Part shown: positions 26,105-36,605 of the stretch, piece by piece
How positions within the stretch are numbered: position 1 is the stretch's first letter
How the letters are laid out: the number at the start of each line of letters is the position of its first letter
Assembly: GCA_030593565.1 (NCBI GenBank)
Contig: JAUVGW010000001.1
Span: 1-53,084 of the forward strand
Length of the DNA stretch: 53,084 bases
Origin: Phycisphaerae bacterium
GTDB lineage: Bacteria > Planctomycetota > Phycisphaerae > UBA1845 > UTPLA1
Reading direction: 5' to 3'
Notes under the pieces: generated by a model
What the model was told of the DNA's origin: nothing
Seen by the model: only the letters and a program-made list of their open reading frames with translations
The model's database searches: none
Made by a program: the position numbers and the translations under genes

Positions 26105-26382
26105 CGATGATGTCACGATGCCTGGAATCGGACGTGTTGGAGCGGTTTGCTCGTGGTGAGTTATCGGGCGAGTCCGACGCCAAGGCTGAAGCGCACGTCG
26201 CGACATGTCGCCGTTGCGCCAGGAGACTGGCGAGTTTGCCTATTGACGAGGAGTTGCTCGAGCAAATCCGCGATGCGGATCGTTCGCGGCGGGAAATCGC
26301 TCCCGCCCTGTCGACCTTGAACGCCATCACGGAGCGGTTGACCACGACGCTGTTTCACGCTCCGCCGCCCGGGTCCGTGTAG
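26101..26382 (+). CDS. Putative zf-HC2 anti-sigma factor, short, with no TM segment
   Basis: An ATGA overlap links it to the sigma gene. H-x3-C-x2-C motif (HVATCRRCARRL). Confidence 0.6.
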   Translation: MTMMSRCLESDVLERFARGELSGESDAKAEAHVATCRRCARRLASLPIDEELLEQIRDADRSRREIAPALSTLNAITERLTTTLFHAPPPGSV

Positions 26383-26510
26383 CGCGTATTGGGGGGATTC
26401 ATCGTATTCACATCCCAAGGGGGCCTTCGGCCGTTCTGGATGACTGGCGCTGGGGATCTCCGTGGCTAGCGAAGAAAACTGTGGCGTTACCGTCCCTGTG
26501 GGCACGCGAC

Positions 26511-26620
26511 AGTTTCCGCGGGCTGCGATACCGAATGTAGCGTCGGCCCCCCGTGGCCGACGTGAAATATTGAGTAGTTCCTCCGCATATACGTCGGCCA
26601 CGGGGGGCCGACGCTACATC
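26511..26620. repeat. REP-A copy 2
   Basis: The 27-nt arms are perfectly complementary (GTAGCGTCGGCCCCCCGTGGCCGACGT / ACGTCGGCCACGGGGGGCCGACGCTAC). Confidence 0.9.
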
Positions 26621-26875
26621 TCGCGGCACTGAAGCGTCCCGCCTAATCTGTCACGCACCCGACGCCTGTGCCGAGGACGCATGCGGCTTGATCGGGAGCC
26701 GGCAATTGCATTAACATCATCGGCTCGGCGCTCCGGGGTTGCCGTCGCGGCCGGGGTAGAGGGATGAATCGGAGAATGGGCGGCGATTTTCGCCGGCCCG
26801 TCGGGGCAACAAAGGCTTGATCGTTTTCGCAGGGGTCCCGGAGAAAGCTGGACCGGCGCGTTGTGGGGCAGATGC

Positions 26876-28177
26876 ATGGCTCGGATCGGGATACGCCGTG
26901 AAGATAAGAACCACTGGGAGGCCCGGACACCGTTGGTGCCGGCGGACGTGGCCCGTTTGACACGCGAACACGGCCTCGATATCACCGTGCAAAGGTCTCC
27001 GATTCGCGTCTTTAAGGACGGTGAATACGATGCCGCGGGCGCGGCGATCGCGAATGATCTGACAGACTGTCCGATCATCATGGGCGTCAAGGAGATTCCG
27101 CCGAGTTACTTCGAGTCTGACAAGACGTATGTTTTCTTCTCGCACGTCATCAAGGGACAGACGCACAACATGCCGATGTTGCGGCGGCTGATGGACCTGC
27201 GATGCCAAGTCATCGACTACGAGAAGATCGCGGACGATCAGGGACGACGGCTCGTGTTCTTCGGGCGGTTCGCCGGGTTGGCCGGGATGATCGACACGTT
27301 GTGGGCGCTTGGGCGGCGACTGAAGCACGAAGGCTCGGATACGCCGTTCGCCGCGATCCAGCCGTCGCATCGCTACCGGGATTTGGACCATATCAAGGAC
27401 GAGTTCCGCAAGGTGGGGGAACAGGTACGTCGGGTCGGGCTGCCCGCCGCCATCCAGCCGTTCGTCTGCGGGTTCGCCGGTTACGGCCAAGTCTCGCAAG
27501 GCGCCCAGGAAATATTCGACCTGCTGCCGGTCGAGGAGGTGGGCCCGGACGATCTGGCCTCGGTGAAGGCTGTTCCGGATCGGTGCTACAAGGTCGTTTT
27601 TCATGAGGAGCACATGGTGCGGCGGGGCGATCCGTCGTCGCCGTTCGAGCTCCAGGAATACTACGATCATCCCGAGCGCTATCGGGCGGATTTCTTCCGA
27701 TTCATCCCGTATCTGACGGTGCTTATCAACTGTATTTACTGGGAGCCCAGGTATCCACAATTCGTCAGCCGAGAGCAGTTGCGCGAGTTGTTCGCAGGCC
27801 CACAGCCACCGCGTTTGCGGGTGGTTGGCGACATCACGGCCGACACGGACGGCGCGCTGGCCTGCACGCCGCGGGTCACCACGCCGGACAACCCGGTCTA
27901 CGTGTACGACCCAGCCACGGGTGAAACACGGGACGGGGTCGAAGGCGATGGCGTCGTCGTGCAGGCGGTGGACTTCCTGCCGTGCGAGCTTCCAGTGGAT
28001 GCCTCGAACGCGTTCAGCCAAGCGATGATGCCGTTTATGCCGGCTTTGGCTGCGGCGGACTTCACGGGTATGCTGAAGGATAGTGGATTGCCGCAGGAAC
28101 TGGTGCGAGCCACGATTGTCTATCAAGGCCAATTGACGGGGCCTTATAAGGATCTGGAGCACTACTTGAGCAAGTAA
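26876..28177 (+). CDS. Saccharopine dehydrogenase (L-lysine-forming), lysine-2-oxoglutarate reductase-like (AlaDH/PNT fold)
   Basis: MARIGIRREDKNHWEARTPLVPADV resembles the N-terminus of the LKR half of bifunctional AASS. The length is about 433 aa. Confidence 0.8.
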   Translation: MARIGIRREDKNHWEARTPLVPADVARLTREHGLDITVQRSPIRVFKDGEYDAAGAAIANDLTDCPIIMGVKEIPPSYFESDKTYVFFSHVIKGQTHNMPMLRRLMDLRCQVIDYEKIADDQGRRLVFFGRFAGLAGMIDTLWALGRRLKHEGSDTPFAAIQPSHRYRDLDHIKDEFRKVGEQVRRVGLPAAIQPFVCGFAGYGQVSQGAQEIFDLLPVEEVGPDDLASVKAVPDRCYKVVFHEEHMVRRGDPSSPFELQEYYDHPERYRADFFRFIPYLTVLINCIYWEPRYPQFVSREQLRELFAGPQPPRLRVVGDITADTDGALACTPRVTTPDNPVYVYDPATGETRDGVEGDGVVVQAVDFLPCELPVDASNAFSQAMMPFMPALAAADFTGMLKDSGLPQELVRATIVYQGQLTGPYKDLEHYLSK

Positions 28178-28282
28178 CGATTGCACGGCCGAGGATGCGG
28201 CCAAGTGGCACGCGGCGTGCAAGTTAACAAGCCGACAGATACGTCAACACGGCGACTGATCGGAGATGCAGGAGATCGAGAG

Positions 28283-29617
28283 ATGAAGAAGGTTCTGGTT
28301 CTGGGCGCGGGTTTGGTTTCTCGGCCGCTGGTTCGCTACTTGCTGGACCAGCCTGATTTCAAGGTAACGGTCGCCAGCCGCACGGTCAGCAAGGCGGAGG
28401 CCCTGATCGACGGCCATGCCGACGGCATGGCGATGACGCTGCTGGCCGACGAGACGGACAAGCTAAGCCGACTGATCAGCGAACACGACTTGGCGGTCAG
28501 CCTGCTGCCCGCGCCACTGCACCCGGTCGTGGCGGAGCTGTGCATCAAGCACGGCAAACACATGGTGACCACGTCGTATGTCAGCCCGGAGATGCAGGCA
28601 CTCGACGGACCTGCCCGCAATGCTGGCGTAATGATCCTCAACGAAATCGGCGTCGACCCCGGCATCGACCATATGTCGGCCATGCGGATCATCGACGACG
28701 TCCGCAAGCGAGGCGGTAAGGTGGTCAGCTTCAAGTCGTATTGCGGTGGTCTGCCCGCCCCCGAGGCGAATGACAATCCGTTCGGCTACAAGTTCTCGTG
28801 GGCTCCGCGGGCCGTCTGTACGGCGGGGACGAATCCGGGCCGCTATCGCGAAGGCGGCAAGGAAATCAATGTGCCGGGGCCGGAGTTGTTCGCACACACG
28901 CACCGCGTGCAGGTCGAAGGGCTCGGCGAGTTGGAGGCATATCCAAACCGGGACTCGCTGGGATACATTGACGTGTACGGCCTTAAAGGCATCGAGACGA
29001 TGTTCCGCGGAACGTTCCGATATGTCGGCTGGTGTGAGACGTTGAAGAAGATCGTCGACCTCGGCATCCTCGAGGAAACGCCTACCACCTATCCGGCGGG
29101 AACGACCTTCGCCCAGTTCATGGCCGGTTTCCTGACGTCGCCCGGTACCGGCAACCTGCGGGCCGATCTGGCGAAGCAGCTTGGTCTGGACGCGGCGTCC
29201 GGCGTCCTCGATCGCATGGAGTGGCTCGGGCTGCTGAATGACGACGAGTTGCCGATCACCGGCGAAGAAACGACGCCGCTGGACATCCTGTCGGCGCGCC
29301 TCCTCGAGAAGATGCCGTACAAGCCGGGCGAGCGCGACATGATCGCGCTGTGTCATTATTTCGTCGCCCGGTTCCCCGACGGCAAGGAGGAGGAGATCAC
29401 GTCGACCCTGATCGACTACGGCATCCCGAATGGTGACTCGTCGATGTCGAGAACGGTGAGCCTGCCCGCCGCGGTGGCGTCGAAGTTGATCCTCACCGGG
29501 CAGATTCAGAAGACGGGCGTGCATGTGCCGGTGTCGGGGGACATCTATAATCCCGTGCTCGACGAATTGGAGAAGATGGAAATTCGCTGCGTGGAGAAGA
29601 CGACGCCGCGTGGGTAG
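28283..29617 (+). CDS. Saccharopine dehydrogenase (L-glutamate-forming), SDH half
   Basis: MKKVLVLGAGLVSRPLVRYL Rossmann start, with similarity to the SDH half of AASS/LYS9. GGAG lies upstream of the ATG at 28283. Confidence 0.85.
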   Translation: MKKVLVLGAGLVSRPLVRYLLDQPDFKVTVASRTVSKAEALIDGHADGMAMTLLADETDKLSRLISEHDLAVSLLPAPLHPVVAELCIKHGKHMVTTSYVSPEMQALDGPARNAGVMILNEIGVDPGIDHMSAMRIIDDVRKRGGKVVSFKSYCGGLPAPEANDNPFGYKFSWAPRAVCTAGTNPGRYREGGKEINVPGPELFAHTHRVQVEGLGELEAYPNRDSLGYIDVYGLKGIETMFRGTFRYVGWCETLKKIVDLGILEETPTTYPAGTTFAQFMAGFLTSPGTGNLRADLAKQLGLDAASGVLDRMEWLGLLNDDELPITGEETTPLDILSARLLEKMPYKPGERDMIALCHYFVARFPDGKEEEITSTLIDYGIPNGDSSMSRTVSLPAAVASKLILTGQIQKTGVHVPVSGDIYNPVLDELEKMEIRCVEKTTPRG

Positions 29618-29624
29618 CGATCTG

Positions 29625-29706
29625 TTTAGCCGCGATCCGCAGGGGAGCGCGTGGAGGGCGCGCTCCCCTGTGGGTCGCGGCTAAACGACGGAATCGGTTG
29701 ATTCCG
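29625..29706. repeat. REP-E full palindrome, possible terminator for the SDH gene
   Basis: TTTAGCCGCGATCCGCAGGGGAGCGCG..CGCGCTCCCCTGTGGGTCGCGGCTAAA has 25 of 27 positions paired. A GGAATC/GATTCC mini-hairpin follows. Confidence 0.85.
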
Positions 29707-29746
29707 GCCGCCTGGGGCCGCCGTGATGTTGACCCTCATGACCTGC

Positions 29747-29903
29747 CTAATAGTACAGCGCAAGGTCGTGCCAGCAGTCTCAAGAGCCCCCGACCTTGGT
29801 CGGGGGGTTGCCTTGCGGCATGTGGGAGCGTATCCCCCGAGCAAGCTCGGGGGCTCTTGGGGGTAGTCGTCGCCTGTTTTGCGCTGTACTGCTAAACTGT
29901 CAC
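29747..29903. mobile_element. MITE-like element, family F, copy 1 (about 157 bp)
   Basis: The termini CCTAATAGTACAGCGC..GCGCTGTACTGCTAAACTGTCA and the core AAGAGCCCCCGACCTTGGTCGGGGGGTTGC..CCCCCGAGCAAGCTCGGGGGCTCTTGG are shared with 41971-42118. Confidence 0.8.
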
Positions 29904-29976
29904 GGACTCGCGCCAGGTGCATAACCTAGGATTCCGAGGGCGCAAAACTGTGGATGTGAGAAAATGACAGGTGAAT

Positions 29977-30060
29977 TGCGGCCGAGAGGACTCGAACCTC
30001 CACGGGGTTGCCCCCACTGGCACCTGAAGCCAGCGCGTCTGCCAATTCCGCCACGGCCGC
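29977..30060 (-). tRNA. tRNA-Leu (anticodon CAG), CCA not encoded
   Basis: The reverse complement reads GCGGCCGTGGCGGAATTGGCAGACGCGCTGGCTTCAGGTGCCAGTGGGGGCAACCCCGTGGAGGTTCGAGTCCTCTCGGCCGCA. It has a 7-bp acceptor stem, a CTGGC/GCCAG anticodon stem with loop TTCAGGT, a long variable arm and a GGTTCGAGTCC T-loop. Confidence 0.9.
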
Positions 30061-30116
30061 GCGGATCGGATCAATGGACGTCGGTGGGCCAAGTGTGGAG
30101 CACCGGCGAGCCGCGT

Positions 30117-30145
30117 AGTGTAGCGAGGCGCCGCCTGCGAAGCAA
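30117..30145 (-). promoter_or_regulatory. Possible sigma70-like promoter for tRNA-Leu
   Basis: The minus strand reads TTGCTT-17 nt-TACACT, about 55 nt upstream of the tRNA 5' end. This is a sequence match only. Confidence 0.25.
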
Positions 30146-30498
30146 GGACGAATGAGAATCTTGTCAACCCGTCAAGGCCGCAGGCCGAACCTTCGTATAT
30201 CCGTTGCGGAGTGGGGCAGGCGCTGCCGAGGCCAGGGACGGGGAATCGTCGGAGGTCCGTGATTCGTTGCGGGGGACATGGCCGGGAGTGGATTGCGCGA
30301 GACATGGATGCTATCGTATTGCTAGCGCCTCCGTGCACATGAATGTGCGGGTTGGCCGACCAGCACTACAATCTGTGGCGCGGGCGCCGAAAAGGTGTAT
30401 CTCCACCACCGAGACGGCGGTGCCACAGGGGAACCGGCTGGACGATGGTTATGACGAGGCATGCCCGCACAGCACCGGAGACAGACAGGCCAGAAAAA

Positions 30499-32382
30499 AT
30501 GACGACGGAAACGGCGACCAGCAAGCATGTAGAGATCCCCGTCGAGGAAATGGACGAAGTCGTAATCCGCTTCGCGGGCGACTCGGGCGACGGAATGCAG
30601 CTCGTGGGCACGCAGTTCACGCGTAGCTCCGCGATCTTTGGGAATGACGTCAGCACATTCCCGGACTATCCGGCAGAAATTCGGGCTCCGGCAGGTTCGG
30701 TTGCAGGCGTGAGCGGGTTTCAGCTTACGTTCAGCAGCCATGACGTGCACACCCACGGCGACAGCGTGGATGCCCTCGTCGCGTTGAATCCCGCCGCCCT
30801 AAAGACGGGTTTGGCGGATGTCCGGCGCGGCGGGGCAGTCATCGTCAACGACGATGCATTCGGCAAGGTGAACCTCCAGCGGGCCGGCTACACGTCGAGC
30901 CCGCTCGATGACGACACTGTGTCCGGCTACAAGCTGTATCGCGTGCCAATCACGCGACTGACGCGCGAGGCCCTGAAAGACACGGGACTCGGCACGAAAC
31001 AGATGGACCGTTGCAGGAATTTCCTCGCACTCGGCGTGATCTATTGGCTGTACGGCCGGCCGATGGAGCCGACGTTGGCGTGGATCACCGAGAAATTCGC
31101 CAAGAGCCCCGCTGTGGCCAAGGCCAACACGGCTGTATTGAAGGCGGGGTACTACTTCGGTGAAACGTGCGAGTTGTTCGATCACCGATACCGCGTGGCG
31201 AAGGCGGCGCTGCCGCCCGGGCAATATCGGAACGTATCTGGGAATCTTGCGGCGGCACTCGGTCTGATCACCGCCGCCCACTTGGCGGGCAAGGAACTGT
31301 TCTACGGCAGCTATCCGATCACGCCGGCCAGCGAGATTTTGCATGAGTTGTCGCGTCACAAGAATTTCCGGGTCAAGACATTTCAGGCGGAAGACGAAAT
31401 CGCGGCGATGGCATCGGTAATTGGGGCGGCGTTTGCCGGCGACTTGGCGGCTACCGGGACCAGCGGCCCCGGCTTGGCCTTAAAGAGTGAGGCCATCGGA
31501 TTGGGCATGATGATCGAACTGCCGATGGTCATCATCAACGTCCAGCGCGGTGGGCCGAGCACCGGTTTGCCTACCAAGACGGAGCAGGCGGATTTGCTTC
31601 AAAGCCTGTTCGGACGACATGGTGAATGCCCGATTTGTGTCATGGCGGCGTCATCCCCGTCCGACTGTTTCGATAGTGTCATCGAGGCCTGCCGAATCGC
31701 GATTCGTTACATGACGCCGGTGATCCTGCTGACAGACGGTTATATCGCCAATGGCGAGGAGCCGTGGCGCATTCCGGCGGTGGCGGATTTGTCGAAGATC
31801 GAAGTCCACCATCCCGACGCCCCGAACAGCGAATCCGGGTTTCTGCCGTACAAACGGAACGACGATCTTTCTCGCCCGTGGGCGCTGCCGGGCACACCGG
31901 GGCTCCGCCACCGCGTCGGCGGCCTGGAAAGTGAGGACCTCACCGGAAACGTGTCCTACGACGCGGACAACCACGAACGCATGATCCGCCTTCGAGCAGC
32001 GAAGATCGACAACATTGCCGACGCCGTTGGGGATCAGGATGTAGTGGGGCCGCCCGAAGGAGACCTGCTCGTGGTCGGGTGGGGGGGAACGAGCGGTGCG
32101 ATCACGAGCGCAACGGAGCGGGCCCGGAGCCGGGGGCTTCCGGTCGCAGACGCAATCATCCGGCATATCCACCCATTCCCGAAGAACCTCGGCGCGATCT
32201 TCGATCGCTATCGCACGATTCTGGTTCCCGAACTCAACATGGGGCAGCTTCGCTACGTTCTGCGAGCCGAGTACGGGATCGAGGCCGTCGGCCTGAACAA
32301 GATCTCGGGCAAGCCGTTCATGATTTCGGAGATCGAGTCGAAGATCGATGAAATCCTAGAGAGCGGGGGAGTACAATCATGA
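30499..32382 (+). CDS. korA: 2-oxoglutarate:ferredoxin oxidoreductase, alpha subunit
   Basis: [31 protein letters not shown] is typical of KorA of the two-subunit OFOR. Alternative in-frame ATGs lie at 30445 and 30451. Confidence 0.9.
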   Translation: MTTETATSKHVEIPVEEMDEVVIRFAGDSGDGMQLVGTQFTRSSAIFGNDVSTFPDYPAEIRAPAGSVAGVSGFQLTFSSHDVHTHGDSVDALVALNPAALKTGLADVRRGGAVIVNDDAFGKVNLQRAGYTSSPLDDDTVSGYKLYRVPITRLTREALKDTGLGTKQMDRCRNFLALGVIYWLYGRPMEPTLAWITEKFAKSPAVAKANTAVLKAGYYFGETCELFDHRYRVAKAALPPGQYRNVSGNLAAALGLITAAHLAGKELFYGSYPITPASEILHELSRHKNFRVKTFQAEDEIAAMASVIGAAFAGDLAATGTSGPGLALKSEAIGLGMMIELPMVIINVQRGGPSTGLPTKTEQADLLQSLFGRHGECPICVMAASSPSDCFDSVIEACRIAIRYMTPVILLTDGYIANGEEPWRIPAVADLSKIEVHHPDAPNSESGFLPYKRNDDLSRPWALPGTPGLRHRVGGLESEDLTGNVSYDADNHERMIRLRAAKIDNIADAVGDQDVVGPPEGDLLVVGWGGTSGAITSATERARSRGLPVADAIIRHIHPFPKNLGAIFDRYRTILVPELNMGQLRYVLRAEYGIEAVGLNKISGKPFMISEIESKIDEILESGGVQS

Positions 32383-33401
32383 GCGACCCACTACCGGGAC
32401 TGAAGGCAAAGGACTACGCCAGCAACCAGGAGGTACGGTGGTGCCCGGGCTGCGGTGACTACTCCATCCTGACGCAAGTCAGGAAGGTGTTTGCCGAACT
32501 TCACCTCCCGCGGCAGCAGATCGTTTGCGTTTCCGGGATCGGCTGTTCCAGCAGGTTTCCTTACTACCTCGAGACCTATGGTTTTCACGGTATCCACGGC
32601 CGGGCGCTGCCGATCGCCACCGGCGTCAAGGTGGCGAATCCCGAGCTGTCCGTCTGGGTCGTGACGGGCGATGGCGACGGGCTGAGCATCGGCGGCAACC
32701 ACCTGATCCACGCGATCCGCCGGAATCTGGACATCAACATCCTTCTGTTCAACAACCGAATCTACGGCCTCACGAAGGGACAGACGTCTCCGACCTCGGA
32801 GTTGGGCAAGCGCACCAAGTCCACACCGTGGGGCTCGACCGAGAATCCGATCCACCCGTTGGCCATTGCCATCGGCGCCGAGGCGACGTTTGTGGCCCGT
32901 TCGCTGGATGTCAACACGAAGCACCTGGCCGCGACGCTACACCGGGCGGCTGAACATCTCGGGTCGTCCTTCATCGAGATATACCAGGATTGCCACGTGT
33001 TCAATCATGGCGCATTCAGTTACGCCAGCGACAAGGACCAACGCGACGACTCCGTCATCTATCTGGAACACGGTCGGCCGCTGATCTTCGGCAAGAACCG
33101 CGACAAGGGCATCCGCCTCAACGGGCTGAATCCGGAAGTCGTGAAACTCGGGAATGGCATCAGCGAGGACGACCTGCTGTTCCACGACGAACGCGCACGG
33201 GAACCAAGCCTGGCATATCTGCTGAGCCGGATGACGGTCCCGGAGTTCCCGGAGCCGATGGGTGTCTTCCGGTGTGCTGACGCGCCGCGATACGAGACGG
33301 AAATGCAGAACCAAATGGCGGATGCCGTCGACAGGATGGGGCCGGGCAACGTTCAGGAGTTGCTCAGTTCCGGCGGTACCTGGGTCGTGGAAGCGCCATA
33401 A
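32379..33401 (+). CDS. korB: 2-oxoglutarate:ferredoxin oxidoreductase, beta (TPP-binding) subunit
   Basis: [11 protein letters not shown] and [12 protein letters not shown] motifs. ATGA overlap with korA. Confidence 0.9.
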   Translation: MSDPLPGLKAKDYASNQEVRWCPGCGDYSILTQVRKVFAELHLPRQQIVCVSGIGCSSRFPYYLETYGFHGIHGRALPIATGVKVANPELSVWVVTGDGDGLSIGGNHLIHAIRRNLDINILLFNNRIYGLTKGQTSPTSELGKRTKSTPWGSTENPIHPLAIAIGAEATFVARSLDVNTKHLAATLHRAAEHLGSSFIEIYQDCHVFNHGAFSYASDKDQRDDSVIYLEHGRPLIFGKNRDKGIRLNGLNPEVVKLGNGISEDDLLFHDERAREPSLAYLLSRMTVPEFPEPMGVFRCADAPRYETEMQNQMADAVDRMGPGNVQELLSSGGTWVVEAP

Positions 33402-33496
33402 ACCTTTTTTTCGCTGATTCCCGCGGCATCGAAGGCGTTGGTACGCGCATCAGCGGCCGATGCGCGGCGGGGCCGATGGTAAGGAGCGATGGGACC

Positions 33497-36433
33497 ATGG
33501 AGAAACGACTATCGAAGGTGGCGGTGTGGCTGGTGGTCGCCGGATTCTCGGCGCCGGCCTGCCAGGGACAGTGGTCGGCCGCGGGCGGCGTCAAGGACGC
33601 GCCACCGGACGTCGTCCTCGACATCGCGGCGGAGGACGGCATTCTGCTGGACGACGCCATACCGACGCCGAAGTCGGTCTTGGGTTTCGAGTTGGGCTCA
33701 CGTCCAATGCGGTATCCCGAACTGGAGCAGTATCTGCACAGACTCGCCGAGTCCAGCGACCGAGTCCAACTGCGCGACTACGGCACGACCCACGAAGGGC
33801 GCACGCTGTACTACGTCGTCATCAGTGACGCGGCAAACATGCGCCGCTTGGGCGAGATACGAGCGGGCCTCCGCAAGCTAGCCGACCCGCGCATAACCAC
33901 CGACGATGAAGCCGAGCAACTGGTTGGGTCGCTACCTGCCGTCGCGTGGCTTGCCTATACGGTCCACGGAGACGAGCTCAGCGGCACCGACGCCGCCGTC
34001 ATGGCCGCGTACCGCTTGGCCGCCGGCCGCGACGACGCGACGACGACCGTCCTCGAGTCGGTCATCACCTGCATCAATCCGCTTCAAAATCCGGACGGCC
34101 GAGAACGATACCTCGCGATGATGCAGCAGCTTGGCGGCAAGATCCCGACGGGCGACACCCAAAGCGCCGAACACACCGGCTCCTGGCCACGCGGTCGGAC
34201 GAATCACTATCTGTTCGACCTGAACCGGGACTGGAACATGACCGTCCAGCCGGAAAGCCGTGGGCACGTGGCGGCAATTCAGGCTTGGCATCCACAGTTG
34301 CTCGTGGACGCCCACGAGATGTGGGGCACGGATACATTCCTGTTCAGCCCGCCGCGAGCGCCCTTGAACGCGCATATCCCTCCCACCGTGTTGAAGTGGA
34401 CCGACCGTTATTCCGCCGATCAGGCGGCCGCCTTTGACCAACGGGGCTGGAGCTACTACAGCGGTGAATGGAACGAGGGCTGGGCGATCGGCTTCTCCGA
34501 CATCTGGGCCAAACACCACGGCGCTGTCGGCATGTTGTTCGAGCAGGCGAGAAGCGATGGCTCGTTCATCCGGCTGCCGACCGAGCAGGATCGGTACTAC
34601 CGCGAGGACGTGGCACACCAGTATGTGGGCTCCATGGCCAACCTGACGACGCTCGCCGAGAACCGACAGGCGATCTTGTCCGACTTCTACGCGACAAAAA
34701 AGCGGGCGGCAGCGGACGAGGCAGGTAAAAACGACCGCGACGTCTTCCTGCTCGTGCCCGGCTCGAACAAGACCCGCGCGGCGGCATTTTTGGCCATGCT
34801 CGACCGTCAAAACATCGAAACGTTCGCCTTGCCGGAGGGCGGGGCCGTCTTGAAGAACGTGACGAACCACTTCGGCGAAGTCCAGGCTGAAAAAACGTTC
34901 CCGGCGGGAACGATCGCCGTCTCGATGAAGCAACCGCTGAGCCCATTGGCGCGAGCCATGCTGGGATTCGACCCGCGCCCGTCCGACGAATTCCTGAAGA
35001 TCGAACGACGCGAGTTGGAATTCAAGAATCGCAGCAAGTTCTACGACATCACCGGCTGGTGCGTGTCCATGTGCTACGACGTCGACGCCTACTGGGCCGA
35101 CGACGATGGAATGCCAGACGTGTCAACATGGCCGCCCGCTTCGGTAGGCCGAATCCTCGATGGCTCGATAGGCAACATGACACCATCCGCCGACACAGGC
35201 GTAACAAAACCGTCAGCGCCAACGGGTAGTGACGCGAAGTCACCGGTCTACGGCTACGTTATCGACGGCGCGGACGACGCGAGCCTCCGATTGGTGGCGC
35301 GGCTGTTGCAGTCGAAATGGAAGATCCGCGTGGCTCGCAAGCCGTTCACGGCGGGGGGCCGCTCGTATCCGCCCGGCAGCTTCCTGATTCGCGCCCACGA
35401 GAACACGCAATCGAATGAGCAGCTTGTCGAACAGCTCGCCACGTTGCCGCCGGGGGTGTCGTCCGCCGTGCGAACCGGCCGCACGAGCGCCGGACCTGAT
35501 CTCGGTGGCGGCAGGTTCCCATTGCTCGCAGAACCGCGCATCGCGATCGGCTTCCGGTCGCCGTTTTCCGGTGGTTCATCTGGGGCGATCTGGCATCTGC
35601 TGGATGCGGAGATCGGCATCCGTACGTCCCGCCTATCGGCCCAAGGGCTTACCGGCGGCGACCTCCGCAAATACAACGTGATCGTCCTGCCGAACGCGTG
35701 GGGCGGCTCGCTACAACGGATGCTGGATGCCGGCGGCCGCGACAGGCTCGAACGCTGGGTCCGCGACGGCGGCACGCTCGTCGCCATCGGCGGCACGGCG
35801 ACGGCCCTGTGCAAAAAGAAAGGCGGCCTCGGCAGTGTCAGGCTGCGACGCGACGTCCTGGACGAACTCGACATCTATGCCGAGGCCGTCGCAAGAACGC
35901 AGTCGGCGGCGCAGCCCCAGTTCGATATCAACCAGGTATGGGACTACAAAGACGACGCACCGCCCGCGACCACGCAGCCAACCGATGCGACCACGCAGCC
36001 GACCGAAGCGACCAAGAAAGAGGACACCAAAGCGCTCAAGCGTTGGGATGCCTGGGCGCGGCGATTCATGCCGCGCGGTGTCCTGCTGCGGGCGGACCTG
36101 CACCCGGAGCATTGGCTGGCACATGGAATGCGCCCTCGCGTACCGGTGTTCTACAACGCCTCGCACGTCCTGATGGCGATGGACCCCGTGCAAGTCATCG
36201 CTCGGTTGTCCAAGCCCGAGTCGATTCGGCTCAGCGGGCTCGTGTGGCCCGAGGCACGCCGGCGACTGGCCGACGGCGCATACATGACACGCCAAGGCAT
36301 GGGCCGGGGACAACTGATCCTGTTCGCCGTTGATCCCGTGTTCCGAGGCTACGCGCACGGTACGAGCAGGCTGTTCCTGAACGCGGTGATCCTCGGCCCC
36401 GGCGTCGGGGCGTCTACGCCCGCGCCCTGGTAA
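33497..36433 (+). CDS. Secreted M14-family zinc carboxypeptidase-like protein with a large C-terminal extension
   Basis: AAGGAG lies upstream of the ATG at 33497, followed by a signal peptide (VAVWLVVAGFSAPACQG). HGDELSG (HxxE), NPDGRERY and DAHEM zinc and substrate motifs are present. Confidence 0.85.
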   Translation: MEKRLSKVAVWLVVAGFSAPACQGQWSAAGGVKDAPPDVVLDIAAEDGILLDDAIPTPKSVLGFELGSRPMRYPELEQYLHRLAESSDRVQLRDYGTTHEGRTLYYVVISDAANMRRLGEIRAGLRKLADPRITTDDEAEQLVGSLPAVAWLAYTVHGDELSGTDAAVMAAYRLAAGRDDATTTVLESVITCINPLQNPDGRERYLAMMQQLGGKIPTGDTQSAEHTGSWPRGRTNHYLFDLNRDWNMTVQPESRGHVAAIQAWHPQLLVDAHEMWGTDTFLFSPPRAPLNAHIPPTVLKWTDRYSADQAAAFDQRGWSYYSGEWNEGWAIGFSDIWAKHHGAVGMLFEQARSDGSFIRLPTEQDRYYREDVAHQYVGSMANLTTLAENRQAILSDFYATKKRAAADEAGKNDRDVFLLVPGSNKTRAAAFLAMLDRQNIETFALPEGGAVLKNVTNHFGEVQAEKTFPAGTIAVSMKQPLSPLARAMLGFDPRPSDEFLKIERRELEFKNRSKFYDITGWCVSMCYDVDAYWADDDGMPDVSTWPPASVGRILDGSIGNMTPSADTGVTKPSAPTGSDAKSPVYGYVIDGADDASLRLVARLLQSKWKIRVARKPFTAGGRSYPPGSFLIRAHENTQSNEQLVEQLATLPPGVSSAVRTGRTSAGPDLGGGRFPLLAEPRIAIGFRSPFSGGSSGAIWHLLDAEIGIRTSRLSAQGLTGGDLRKYNVIVLPNAWGGSLQRMLDAGGRDRLERWVRDGGTLVAIGGTATALCKKKGGLGSVRLRRDVLDELDIYAEAVARTQSAAQPQFDINQVWDYKDDAPPATTQPTDATTQPTEATKKEDTKALKRWDAWARRFMPRGVLLRADLHPEHWLAHGMRPRVPVFYNASHVLMAMDPVQVIARLSKPESIRLSGLVWPEARRRLADGAYMTRQGMGRGQLILFAVDPVFRGYAHGTSRLFLNAVILGPGVGASTPAPW

Positions 36434-36480
36434 TGTGACAACACTCCGCCGGCGCGGTATGGTGCTTCCCGCAAGCGAGG

Positions 36481-36568
36481 GAAAAAAGGGGTCAGGCTAC
36501 TTTATCTTGGTCGACCTCTCGAACAGAACCATGGCTTCGATGATAAAGTAGCCTGACCCCTTTTTTCC
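36481..36568. terminator. 26-bp inverted repeat with flanking A- and T-tracts (bidirectional-terminator-like, or REP family H)
   Basis: GAAAAAAGGGGTCAGGCTACTTTATC, a 35-nt loop, then GATAAAGTAGCCTGACCCCTTTTTTC. It lies between the M14 gene and the DegT gene. Confidence 0.5.
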
Positions 36569-36605
36569 GCCATCAACGACAGACACGAGACACCCGAGGT
36601 AACAC

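Noticed and set aside
26621-26875. Possible lysine riboswitch (L-box) in front of the saccharopine genes
   Set aside because: I could not find the conserved L-box cores or a plausible five-helix arrangement. The left part of the upstream spacer (26511-26620) is REP-A sequence. Only a cmsearch with RF00168 could settle this.
29618-30340. Integrative island or prophage attachment at tRNA-Leu
   Set aside because: No integrase is present and there is no direct repeat of the tRNA 3' end. The flanking genes (saccharopine pathway, korAB) are core metabolism. Only small non-autonomous repeats lie next to the tRNA.
30343-30498. Extended N-terminus of korA (ORF opening at 30343)
   Set aside because: The first roughly 50 residues are Arg/Gly/Pro-rich with no similarity to KorA. 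Conserved KorA sequence begins shortly after the Met at 30499, although the ATGs at 30445 and 30451 cannot be excluded.
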